Origin: Minisyncoccia bacterium
GTDB taxonomy: Bacteria; Patescibacteriota; Minisyncoccia; Phycocordibacterales; CALRBL01
DNA: 64,000 nucleotides
Direction of reading: 5' to 3'
NCBI GenBank assembly: GCA_038230075.1
Contig: JBBRNV010000004.1
Span: 6,047 to 70,046 of the forward strand
A program made the translations under genes and the position numbers. The notes under the pieces are model-generated. The model saw only the letters and a list, made by a program, of their open reading frames with translations. It had not been told where the DNA came from and made no database searches. The stretch's first letter is position 1. Every line of letters starts with the position of its first letter. Below are positions 7,683-16,378 of the stretch, piece after piece.

Positions 7683-9950
7683 TTATTTAGCAGCAGCCAA
7701 AGCGTCTTCAAATGCAATTGAGAGAAGTTGTGATGATCCTTCTGCACTCATGGTAATACCATAAATAACACCGGCCCGAGACATTGTTTCTCGATTGTGG
7801 GTAATTAAAATAAGTTGCGAGTATTCAGACAGTGTTTCAATCATATCTCCATATTTTCGAGAGTTTGCTTCATCGAGCGCTGCGTCAGTTTCATCGAGAA
7901 TAATAAATGGAGGTGGATTTACCTGAGAAATAGCAAACAAGAGTGCTATTGAAGTAAGGGCTCGCTCACCACCTGAAAGCATTACGAGACCTTTTGTTTT
8001 TTTATGAGGAAGTTCAACATGAATGTCGATTCCCTCTTTCAATTGTTCTTCTTTTTCTTCATTGGTTAGCTCAACCTCACCCAATTCTTCTTCATCTGAC
8101 TTCTTTCGACGAACGGCTTCTTTAACAAGAACAAGTGATGCTTTTCCTCCCCCAAACATTAATGCAAAAAAATCACTAAATTTGTGATTAATTTTATCAA
8201 TTCCAAGTTTAAATTCACGATTCAATGTGTCATCGAGTTCTTTAATAAGACCAGCAAGTGATACAGAAGATGCCTGAAGATCGATAAGTTCTCGACGAAG
8301 AAAAGCATCGCGTTCTTCAGTGTCTTTGTACTCTTTCATCACCTCAGACATATTTCCAACACCAATTTCTTCTAATTTAATCTTCATCTTTTCAAGCTCG
8401 CGACGTTTTTCTTGTTGAGAATGTCGAGTTGGTAATTCTTTTTCGAGAGAATCTTGCGCTTGATGTCGAAATTGAAGAATTTCGTGACCAATAAGTTCTG
8501 CCACTTCACCAAGCTCTCGTTCAAATTCTGTTTGGTCATTCTGAACTGCACCTCCAGCCATTCGAATTTCGGTTAGTGTTAAATGAAGATCATTCTTAGC
8601 AGACATCAGTCGAAGCATATCTCGTTCAGCTTGAATCTTTTCATCTTTATTTGTTTCTGCAGCTTTCTGCATATCATCAGATTTCTGTCGAAGACTTTTT
8701 TCATCGTGTTGTGCCTTTTCAATCATTCCATCAATATGATGTTTTGCTTCCTTAAGCTTGGCTCGTTCAAAATCTAGCGCTTGAATAACTGCTTCATGAG
8801 CATGTTCTGCAGTTTGATGTCCTTCAATAAAGCTTTTAACAGATTTTTTAATATCTACGAGTGCGGCTTTTAATTCTTCGATGTTGTTAGAATTGAGTGC
8901 ATACTCTGCCTTGGCATTAATTTCATGAGACAAACCATCAACCAAAGAGAGTTTAACTGAAACATCAGTAGTCTGAGTTGTAAGTCGTTTTTGTTTATCA
9001 ATTTCTCGCTCAATATAGGTAAGTTCACCATCTATCTTTCCCGATTCTCGAGATAGTCGATCTTTCTCTTTTCTAACATTATCGAGTTCTTGATTTAGTT
9101 TTTGAATCTCGTGATTGTGCTCACCTTTCTGTTCTTCTTTATTAATTTTTTCCTGTAGAACTTTCATATCACTTTCAATTTTATGAAGTTCTTTCTGAGG
9201 ACCCGCTTCATCGTGCTCAATCTTTTGTTTCTCAGCCTTAATCCGAAGCTCTTCAACTTTAAAATATGCCAAATACTGAATCGTCAGATCTCGTTTTAAT
9301 TCTGTCGCTTTTTCAATTTTTTCTGCTTGTTTTTTGAGGAAACGTAAATGTGGTGCTAACTCGCGAAGCAAACTTTCAACTTGTGCCCCATTCTCTTTTG
9401 TCTTTTCAAGCTTTCGAAGACTCTCTTCTTTTTTATATTGATATATTTTAAGACCTAGCGCTTCTTCAATCATTGTTCGCCGCTCTTTACTGCTCGCTGA
9501 AAGAATTCTATCGGCTTCTCCTTGAGAAATAATATGATGTCCTGACGATCCAATTGAGGCTCCCGCCAAAAGTTCAATAATATCTTTCAATCGAACTTGT
9601 GAACCATTGAGAAAATATTCATTACTTGAATCTCTATGTACAACTCGTTCAATAGCAACTTCATCAAAATCAATGTTTAGTTGTCGTTTTGTATTATCAA
9701 ACAACACTTTCACTGAAGCACGATTTGATCGAGGAAGCATTTTTCCTCCGTTAAAGATTAAATCTTCTCCTCGTTTTCCTCGAAGTGATTTAATTGATTG
9801 TTCACCAAGCACAAAACGAAATGCTTCTGCAACATTTGATTTTCCAGAACCATTAGGACCAACAATAGATGAAATAGGTGTAGTGAATTGAAGTAGGCTC
9901 TTTTTAGTAAAAGATTTGAACCCAGAAATTTCGAGACTTTTTAACGTCAT
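7683..9950 (-). CDS. smc: Short SMC-family ATPase
   Basis: GFKSF, Walker A GPNGSGKSN, ISQGE Q-loop, LSGGE signature, Walker B ILDETDAALD, ITHN; coiled coils; lies downstream of rnc. Confidence 0.88.
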   Translation of the reverse strand: MTLKSLEISGFKSFTKKSLLQFTTPISSIVGPNGSGKSNVAEAFRFVLGEQSIKSLRGKRGEDLIFNGGKMLPRSNRASVKVLFDNTKRQLNIDFDEVAIERVVHRDSSNEYFLNGSQVRLKDIIELLAGASIGSSGHHIISQGEADRILSASSKERRTMIEEALGLKIYQYKKEESLRKLEKTKENGAQVESLLRELAPHLRFLKKQAEKIEKATELKRDLTIQYLAYFKVEELRIKAEKQKIEHDEAGPQKELHKIESDMKVLQEKINKEEQKGEHNHEIQKLNQELDNVRKEKDRLSRESGKIDGELTYIEREIDKQKRLTTQTTDVSVKLSLVDGLSHEINAKAEYALNSNNIEELKAALVDIKKSVKSFIEGHQTAEHAHEAVIQALDFERAKLKEAKHHIDGMIEKAQHDEKSLRQKSDDMQKAAETNKDEKIQAERDMLRLMSAKNDLHLTLTEIRMAGGAVQNDQTEFERELGEVAELIGHEILQFRHQAQDSLEKELPTRHSQQEKRRELEKMKIKLEEIGVGNMSEVMKEYKDTEERDAFLRRELIDLQASSVSLAGLIKELDDTLNREFKLGIDKINHKFSDFFALMFGGGKASLVLVKEAVRRKKSDEEELGEVELTNEEKEEQLKEGIDIHVELPHKKTKGLVMLSGGERALTSIALLFAISQVNPPPFIILDETDAALDEANSRKYGDMIETLSEYSQLILITHNRETMSRAGVIYGITMSAEGSSQLLSIAFEDALAAAK

Positions 9951-10012
9951 AGGTCTATTGTACCGAGCTTTTTATTAAACTGAAAGCCTTATTATTCAAA
10001 CTAGTGGCTAAT

Positions 10013-10702
10013 TTATGCCCAACCTTTTTCTTTGATAGCTTTTGTCGCAGCTTGTTGTTCTGCTTCCTGCTTAGATTTTCCTTCACCTTCTGCAATCATT
10101 ATTTCATCGAGAAAAACGCCGACAACAAACTTTTTATCGTGATCAGGACCAGTTTCTTTCATTGTTTTATAGAGTGGAGTAAATCCTGTCTTTTCCTGAG
10201 ATTTTTCTTGAAAGTTACTCTTTGCATCAATGTGCGATCCAGTTCGAAGAATGTCGTCAAAGGTTGAAAGAATGAATGAGTCTACGAATGTTTTTGCAAC
10301 ATTGTATCCTTGGTCGAGATATATTGCTCCAAGAAGAGCTTCGATGGTATTAGCTAAAATAAATTGTCGAGCACGGCCCATGTCTTTCGATTCTCCTCTT
10401 GAAAGAAGCAAGTAGTCGCTAAAATGTAAATTTGCAGCGATAGCAGCCAATGTATTTGCATTAACTAATGCTGAACGATATGTTGTTAAATCTCCTTCTG
10501 GTTTTGTTGGAAATTTTTTAAACAAGAATTCGGTTACTACCAATTCAAGTACGGCATCACCTAAGAACTCAAGTCGCTCGTTGTGTTCGAGTTTTAAATT
10601 TCGATTTTCATTTAAATACGAGCGATGTGTAAAAGCCTGTTTTAAAAGCTCTTTATTATTAAATATAGTCTGTATTGATTGTTCAAATTTACTAAAGTCC
10701 AT
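10013..10702 (-). CDS. rnc: Ribonuclease III
   Basis: NERLEFLGDAVL signature plus C-terminal dsRBD (GPDH...GKSKQEAEQ). Confidence 0.98.
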   Translation of the reverse strand: MDFSKFEQSIQTIFNNKELLKQAFTHRSYLNENRNLKLEHNERLEFLGDAVLELVVTEFLFKKFPTKPEGDLTTYRSALVNANTLAAIAANLHFSDYLLLSRGESKDMGRARQFILANTIEALLGAIYLDQGYNVAKTFVDSFILSTFDDILRTGSHIDAKSNFQEKSQEKTGFTPLYKTMKETGPDHDKKFVVGVFLDEIMIAEGEGKSKQEAEQQAATKAIKEKGWA

Positions 10703-10721
10703 AGGTGAGAATTATCTACTG

Positions 10722-11633
10722 TTAAACTTGTGCTTTATTTTTTATTAAGATATTGATTGCTTTTGTCACAATTGGAAGAATGTCGTTATAGAAATTGAGT
10801 TCAACAATTTCTTCAACTTTAAACCACCGAGCGTCATCGAGTCCTCCACTTTTTTCAAGTGTCACAGGGATGAACTTTGATTTTCCTAAAAAGTACGTTA
10901 CCTGCTTTCGAATTTTTCCATCTTCTGGGTGTGTCGCAATGTATTCATTTCGAGCAAGTTCATCTTCGATCACAATATCAAGATTAATTTCTTCTTTAAT
11001 TTCTCGTTTTGTTCCCTCTTTAATGTCTTCATCTTTTTCAAGTTTTCCTTTTGAAAGAGTCCAGTGACCGAACACATCGTGAACGAAGGCAAGCATGAGT
11101 TGATCTTTGTCCCACGCGTACACAACTGATCCTCCAAGATTTTGAATGGGCATTTGTTCATATGGAACATTTGCGAATTTCTTTTTCTTTGCAGATGTTT
11201 CTTCTTTTCCTGGTTCCCCAAGTTCTTTGTACACCGCACCAAGTACTCCGTTCACGAATTTTCCAGAAGTTTCTCCACCGAATGTTTTTGCAAGTTCAAT
11301 TGCTTCATTAATCGCCACTTTTGCAGGAACTTCTTTTCGATCAGAAAAGAGAAGCTCATAAAGCCCTATTCGAAGAATGTTTCTATCGGTTGTTGAGATT
11401 TTATCAATTGGCCATTCAGGGGCTGCCTTTTCGATGATTTGATCAAGCTCACTTCGTTTTGCCAAAATGTTCTTCGTCAAATCCCGAATAAATGTTACAT
11501 CCCCTACTCCTGGAGCAAATTCTTCAGCGTCACGAGTAATGATCTCATCAATGGTATCGTCGTGTTGACCACGAAAATCCCACTCAAAGAGTGTTTGCAT
11601 GACGATTGACCGAGAGAGATGTCTGTTTGCCAT
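10722..11633 (-). CDS. nusB: NusB fused to a C-terminal Nudix hydrolase domain
   Basis: DRNILRIG, VAINEAIELAKTFG and FVNGVL (NusB), then HWTLSKG-KLEKD-E-x7-REIKEEINL (Nudix box). Confidence 0.92.
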   Translation of the reverse strand: MANRHLSRSIVMQTLFEWDFRGQHDDTIDEIITRDAEEFAPGVGDVTFIRDLTKNILAKRSELDQIIEKAAPEWPIDKISTTDRNILRIGLYELLFSDRKEVPAKVAINEAIELAKTFGGETSGKFVNGVLGAVYKELGEPGKEETSAKKKKFANVPYEQMPIQNLGGSVVYAWDKDQLMLAFVHDVFGHWTLSKGKLEKDEDIKEGTKREIKEEINLDIVIEDELARNEYIATHPEDGKIRKQVTYFLGKSKFIPVTLEKSGGLDDARWFKVEEIVELNFYNDILPIVTKAINILIKNKAQV

Positions 11634-11690
11634 ATCGGTTTAGTTGTAATGGTACATAAAGTCGTTTATTTCCCTGACAAAGGGAGGTGC

Positions 11691-11924
11691 TTACCGTGCA
11701 CCAGCGTCTTTCATGCGTGATTCACGCTTCTTAATTTTCTTGTCTAACTTCTTGTTAACGTCGATAACCTGTCGCCCGGCATACATACCGGTTGTAAGAG
11801 AAACACGGTGCTTCATGTAAAGATCACCTGTTTTCTTGTCTTTAGCTACAGCAGGAGTACCAAGAGCGTGGTGAGCGCGTCTCTGGGCTGTATGAGAACG
11901 TGTGTGTCGCATTCGTACTGTCAT
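11691..11924 (-). CDS. rpmF: 50S ribosomal protein L32 (Cys-free form)
   Basis: RHTRS...RRAHHAL...HRV...GMYAGRQV pattern; rpmF-rnc neighbourhood. Confidence 0.88.
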   Translation of the reverse strand: MTVRMRHTRSHTAQRRAHHALGTPAVAKDKKTGDLYMKHRVSLTTGMYAGRQVIDVNKKLDKKIKKRESRMKDAGAR

Positions 11925-12009
11925 AATGGAGAAACTATAGCCTATAGCGTTTAAAAAGGCAAATCCTTGGGGCTGAACTAAGGTTTAGGGGTTTTAAGCC
12001 ACACAACGG

Positions 12010-12037
12010 TTGACACCGTAAATTCATATGATATGGT
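12010..12037 (+). promoter_or_regulatory. sigma70-type promoter of unit A (TTGACA-16-TATGGT with extended TG)
   Basis: TTGACA at 12010-12015, TG at 12029-12030, TATGGT at 12032-12037. Confidence 0.6.
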
Positions 12038-12043
12038 ATCGAA

Positions 12044-12183
12044 AGCTTTTGGTATTGCTATTGCAAGTGCGACATATGATGACGAGCTTCGGGGCGGATA
12101 CTCCCTCGGATAGTCATTATTGCCACGTGTCAGCATGTCGGTTGAAGGGGCCCGGGATCGCGAGATTCTGGGCCCTTTTCTTA
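12044..12183 (+). ncRNA. Candidate ~140-nt small RNA
   Basis: Bounded by a promoter and a strong terminator; no ORF both starts and stops inside; nested pairings cgacat/atgtcg, atgatgac/gtcattat, cgag/ctcg. Confidence 0.4.
12144..12183 (+). terminator. GC-rich, probably bidirectional intrinsic terminator
   Basis: aaggggcccgggatc-GCGA-gattctgggcccttt followed by tctt. Confidence 0.8.
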
Positions 12184-12189
12184 TATGTT

Positions 12190-12909
12190 CTACTTAATAA
12201 AACTCTTTCTGTGCTCAGAGGTGATTCCGTACTTCTTTATAGCTTTAACGTGAAATAATGTTCCATACCCAACATGTGTATCAAAACCATACTTAGGATA
12301 TTTTTTTGCCAATGTATACATTAATGTATCTCGAGTAACTTTCGCTGCAATTGATGCGAGTGCAATCGCAGGCTCTTGTTCGTCCCCTTTTATAATTGAA
12401 ACTTGATTACTAAATTCAGATGGTGCTTTCAGTCTTCCGTCGAGTAACACCGTTGTTGTGTTTATATTCGCCTTAAGTTTTCTTAAGCATTTCTTCATCG
12501 CCTCTTGTATAGAATGAGTTAAGCCACGCGAATCAACTATCGCTGGTTTTGTATGACCAATAGCAAACTTTAAAATTCCTTCTTTCTGCCATCGCTTAAT
12601 TCGGGAAAACCAAATTTCTCGATCTTCGCGTCGTAGCTGTTTCGAGTCTTTTAATCCGACTAATAGTCGACATGTTGCGAGGTCAAACAATTGTGTAGTT
12701 GAAATAAGCACAGCACCAACTGAAACTGGCCCAGCAAATGATCCCCTTCCCACCTCATCAATTCCAATAATAAATTCAGAATCATAATGTGAATCAAAAT
12801 TCATTTCATGTTTTGACTGCTTTTTTCGAGTAGTTTGTAGCTTTCGTGTTGCCGCATATTTTCGAAGGGGCCGCAACTTCTTTTTTCTTTCCATGCGCAT
12901 ATAATACAC
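12190..12909 (-). CDS. rnhB: Ribonuclease HII (true start probably further downstream)
   Basis: IGIDEVGRGSFAGPV, LKDSKQL, LLDG, KGD...IALASIAAKVTRD, GYGT..H and HRKSF motifs. Confidence 0.95.
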   Translation of the reverse strand: MYYMRMERKKKLRPLRKYAATRKLQTTRKKQSKHEMNFDSHYDSEFIIGIDEVGRGSFAGPVSVGAVLISTTQLFDLATCRLLVGLKDSKQLRREDREIWFSRIKRWQKEGILKFAIGHTKPAIVDSRGLTHSIQEAMKKCLRKLKANINTTTVLLDGRLKAPSEFSNQVSIIKGDEQEPAIALASIAAKVTRDTLMYTLAKKYPKYGFDTHVGYGTLFHVKAIKKYGITSEHRKSFIK

Positions 12910-12912
12910 GCA

Positions 12913-15900
12913 ATGGCTGAGACTACTCTAAACCCTGCACCCGTCGTTACTTCAGAGTCAATTTCTGAGGCTGTTTCAGTTGCCCAAACTCCAACACCCG
13001 CTTCATTATTTACCCACCTTCATTGTCACAGTCACTACAGCCTCCTTCAAGCACTTCCTCAGATTCCTGATCTTGTTGGATACGCTAAAAAATGTGGCAT
13101 GACCTCTCTCGCACTTACCGACGCTGGAAACATGTATGGAGTAATTGAGTTCTATAAAGAATGTAGGAAAAAGGAAATTAAACCAATTGTTGGTGTCGAC
13201 TTCTATGTCGCTCTTCGCACACGACATGATAGAGAATCTCGAATCGACAACAAACGAACTCGACTCGTACTTCTTGCAAAAAGTCTTGATGGATACAAAA
13301 GCTTAATTAAACTTGTTACTGGTTCAAACCTAGAAGGTTTTTACTATAAAGCTCGAATCGATCAAGAACTTCTCGAACAACATAAAAAAGAGTTGATTTG
13401 CATTGTTCCCTCAATAAGCGGAGATCTTTCACTTGCCATTAAAGGAAAAGATTTTGAAAAAGCAAAACATTTAGCAGATTGGTATAAAGAACAATTTGGC
13501 GATGACTTTTATTTAGAAATTACACACCATCCTGAAATTGAAGGCCACGAAGAACACATGAAGCGATCAATTGCATTTGCTCGAGAAAATAATGTGCAAC
13601 TAGTTGCTGCGCACGACACATACTATCTTGACCCAGAAGATAAACGAGCTCGAGATACACTTGTATCAATTCAAAATGAATACACCGAAAGATCACATGG
13701 AGGAGATCCAAGTGATTGGTCATTTATTTCAAAGGAAAAAGCTGGAGAACTATTTATAAACGAACAAGATGCGTTGCTAAATGTTGGAAAGATTGTTGAG
13801 AAATGTAATCTCGATCTTCCACTTGGTGTATGGCTCTTCCCTGAATTTACTATTGCAAGTGGAAAACATGCAGATGACGAACTTCGAGATATTGTGTTTG
13901 ATGGAATGAAACGAAGAAAAATCGAACCGACACCAGAGGTACTTGAACGTGTTGAGTATGAACTTCGTGTCATTAAAGACAAAGGCTATGCTCCTTACTT
14001 TCTTGTGGTAGGAGACCTTCTCCGAGAAGCTCATGAAAAAAATATTCTTACCACCATTCGAGGTTCGGTTGCTGGTTCAATGGTGACCTTCTTAGCCCAC
14101 ATTACAAACGTTAATCCAATGGAATACATGCTTCCTTTTGAACGATTTCTGAATCCTGACCGACCATCAGCACCTGACATCGACATGGACTATGCCGATA
14201 ATCGTCGAGACGAAATTATTCAATACGCGAGACAAAAATACGGAACCGATAAGGTGGCACAAATTGGAACATTCGGAACAATGATGGCACGAGGAGCTGT
14301 TCGAGATACTGCTCGGGCATTAGGATATCCATACACCGTTGGAGATCGCATTGCAAAAATGATTCCCATGGGTTCACAAGGTTTTCCTATGACCTTAAAA
14401 AAGGCAATGGAAATTACTCCAGAACTTCAAGAAGCATATGAATCTGACGAAGAGGTAAAAGAAGTTATCGATATGGCTAAAAAAATCGAAGGATGTGCTC
14501 GACACATTTCGGTTCACGCAGCTGGTGTGGTTATTTCACCGATCCCCTTAAGTGATATCGTTCCAACACAATTTGACCCAAAAGGCGAAGGAAAAATTAT
14601 CACACAATATGACATGCACTCCGTTGATGAAAACAGTGCAGGTCTTTTAAAGTTCGACTTTCTTGGAATTCGAAACCTATCAATTCTTGCTGATGCAGTG
14701 CGACTCGTAAAAGAACAACTCGATATTGTCGTTGATATTGAAAATGTAAAAATTGATGACAAAAAAACATTTGAAATGCTTGCGCGTGGTGAAACAACAG
14801 GCCTCTTTCAACTAAACGGAGATGGAATGACGAGAGCGTTGATGGAACTAAAGCCAACAAGTATTCACGATATTAATGTGATGGTAGCTTTGTATCGACC
14901 GGGTCCTATGGCAACGATTGAAGAATATATCGCTCGAAAAAATGGAAAGCATAAAACAACGTTTTATCATCCAAAAATGAAAAAATTCTTGGAACGAACC
15001 TTTGGACTTCTTGTGTATCAAGACGACCTTCTTTATACCGCCATTGAACTTGCTGGATATGACTGGGGGTCAGTAGATAAATTCCGAAAAGCTGTGGGAA
15101 AAAAGATTCCTGAAGAAATGGCAAAGCAGCACAAAATTTTCGTTGATGGTTGTCAGAAGTTTAGTGGAATGTCTGAAAAAGATGCCGAAAAAATTTGGAC
15201 GCTATTTGAACCATTCCAAGGATACGGATTCAACAAAGCACATGCGGCAAGTTATGGAAAAGTGGCGTATCAAACTGCCTTCATGAAAGCCAACTTCCCC
15301 GCTCTCTATATGTCAGCAGTGCTCACCGCTGAATCAGGAAACATCGAAGAAATTGGAACCAACATTACCGAATGTAAGCGAATGGGAATTCCTGTACTTC
15401 CTCCATCAATTAATGAAAGTTTCAAAGGTTTTACCGTGGTTAAAGTGGTAAATCCTGATCTTGAAGCAAACCCAGATGCGTCAAAAGAAGTTGACGCTAT
15501 TCGATTCGGACTCGTTACCATTAAAAACTTCGGTGAAGGAATTGCGGAAGTTGTTATCAAAGAACGAGAAGAACACGGAAAGTTTGTGTCGCTTGAGAGT
15601 TTTTTGAAACGAGTTAGAGATCGAAGTTTAAATAAAAAATCTGTTGAATCACTTATTAAAGCAGGAGCTCTTGATGAATTCGGAGAGCGAGGAGTATTGC
15701 TTCACAATCTTGAGCTCATTCTTCATTTTAATAAAGAAGCAGCTCACATGCCTGAACACTCAGAGACACTATTCGGAGGAATTGCTGAGGCTGAAGTTTC
15801 TGCCAAGCTTGTATTAGAAGATGCACCGAAGGCATCGAGTGAAGATGTTTTGTTGTGGGAAAAAGAATTACTCGGTTTGTACATTTCAGGTCATCCTCTC

Positions 15901-16365
15901 GATAAGCATGCTGATAAATTTGCTAATCATGAAATGACTATTCAAAAGTTACTTGAAATAGCAAAACCCATCTTCCTTCAACCCGAAGAAACTCCTGATG
16001 AAAACGGAGTTGTGTTAACAGCAACCGATCTTGAACTCGCTGCAGGACTACCAAAAATAGAGAGGAAATTAACCAAAGATCAACAACGAGACTTTAAGAA
16101 GAAAATTAAAACTGCTAAAGAAAAACAATACGTTGTTGGAGGAATGATTACCGAAGCAAAAGAAATCATGACAAAAACAAACAACAGAATGATGTTTATG
16201 ACCTTATCAGATCGAACATCAAATGTTGAATGTATTGTATTTAGTAAGACCTACGAGGTGTACAAAGATATTTTGAAGCCAGACACATGTATCGCGGTAA
16301 AAGGAAGAATGAATGAACGAAACGGAGAACTCAGTTTAATTGTTGAGAAAGTGAAAGTGCTTTAG
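12913..16365 (+). CDS. dnaE: DNA polymerase III alpha subunit
   Basis: PHP HLHCHSHYS, RGSVAGS, FERFLNPDR..PDIDMD, HAAGVVI, KFDFLG and YGFNKAH motifs; OB fold. Confidence 0.98.
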   Translation: MAETTLNPAPVVTSESISEAVSVAQTPTPASLFTHLHCHSHYSLLQALPQIPDLVGYAKKCGMTSLALTDAGNMYGVIEFYKECRKKEIKPIVGVDFYVALRTRHDRESRIDNKRTRLVLLAKSLDGYKSLIKLVTGSNLEGFYYKARIDQELLEQHKKELICIVPSISGDLSLAIKGKDFEKAKHLADWYKEQFGDDFYLEITHHPEIEGHEEHMKRSIAFARENNVQLVAAHDTYYLDPEDKRARDTLVSIQNEYTERSHGGDPSDWSFISKEKAGELFINEQDALLNVGKIVEKCNLDLPLGVWLFPEFTIASGKHADDELRDIVFDGMKRRKIEPTPEVLERVEYELRVIKDKGYAPYFLVVGDLLREAHEKNILTTIRGSVAGSMVTFLAHITNVNPMEYMLPFERFLNPDRPSAPDIDMDYADNRRDEIIQYARQKYGTDKVAQIGTFGTMMARGAVRDTARALGYPYTVGDRIAKMIPMGSQGFPMTLKKAMEITPELQEAYESDEEVKEVIDMAKKIEGCARHISVHAAGVVISPIPLSDIVPTQFDPKGEGKIITQYDMHSVDENSAGLLKFDFLGIRNLSILADAVRLVKEQLDIVVDIENVKIDDKKTFEMLARGETTGLFQLNGDGMTRALMELKPTSIHDINVMVALYRPGPMATIEEYIARKNGKHKTTFYHPKMKKFLERTFGLLVYQDDLLYTAIELAGYDWGSVDKFRKAVGKKIPEEMAKQHKIFVDGCQKFSGMSEKDAEKIWTLFEPFQGYGFNKAHAASYGKVAYQTAFMKANFPALYMSAVLTAESGNIEEIGTNITECKRMGIPVLPPSINESFKGFTVVKVVNPDLEANPDASKEVDAIRFGLVTIKNFGEGIAEVVIKEREEHGKFVSLESFLKRVRDRSLNKKSVESLIKAGALDEFGERGVLLHNLELILHFNKEAAHMPEHSETLFGGIAEAEVSAKLVLEDAPKASSEDVLLWEKELLGLYISGHPLDKHADKFANHEMTIQKLLEIAKPIFLQPEETPDENGVVLTATDLELAAGLPKIERKLTKDQQRDFKKKIKTAKEKQYVVGGMITEAKEIMTKTNNRMMFMTLSDRTSNVECIVFSKTYEVYKDILKPDTCIAVKGRMNERNGELSLIVEKVKVL

Positions 16366-16378
16366 CACCAAGTCATCA

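Noticed and set aside
12028-12258. 76-aa plus-strand ORF, and the 26-aa ORF at 12033-12113
   Set aside because: The first runs through the terminator into rnhB; both start inside the predicted promoter. A peptide is not fully excluded.
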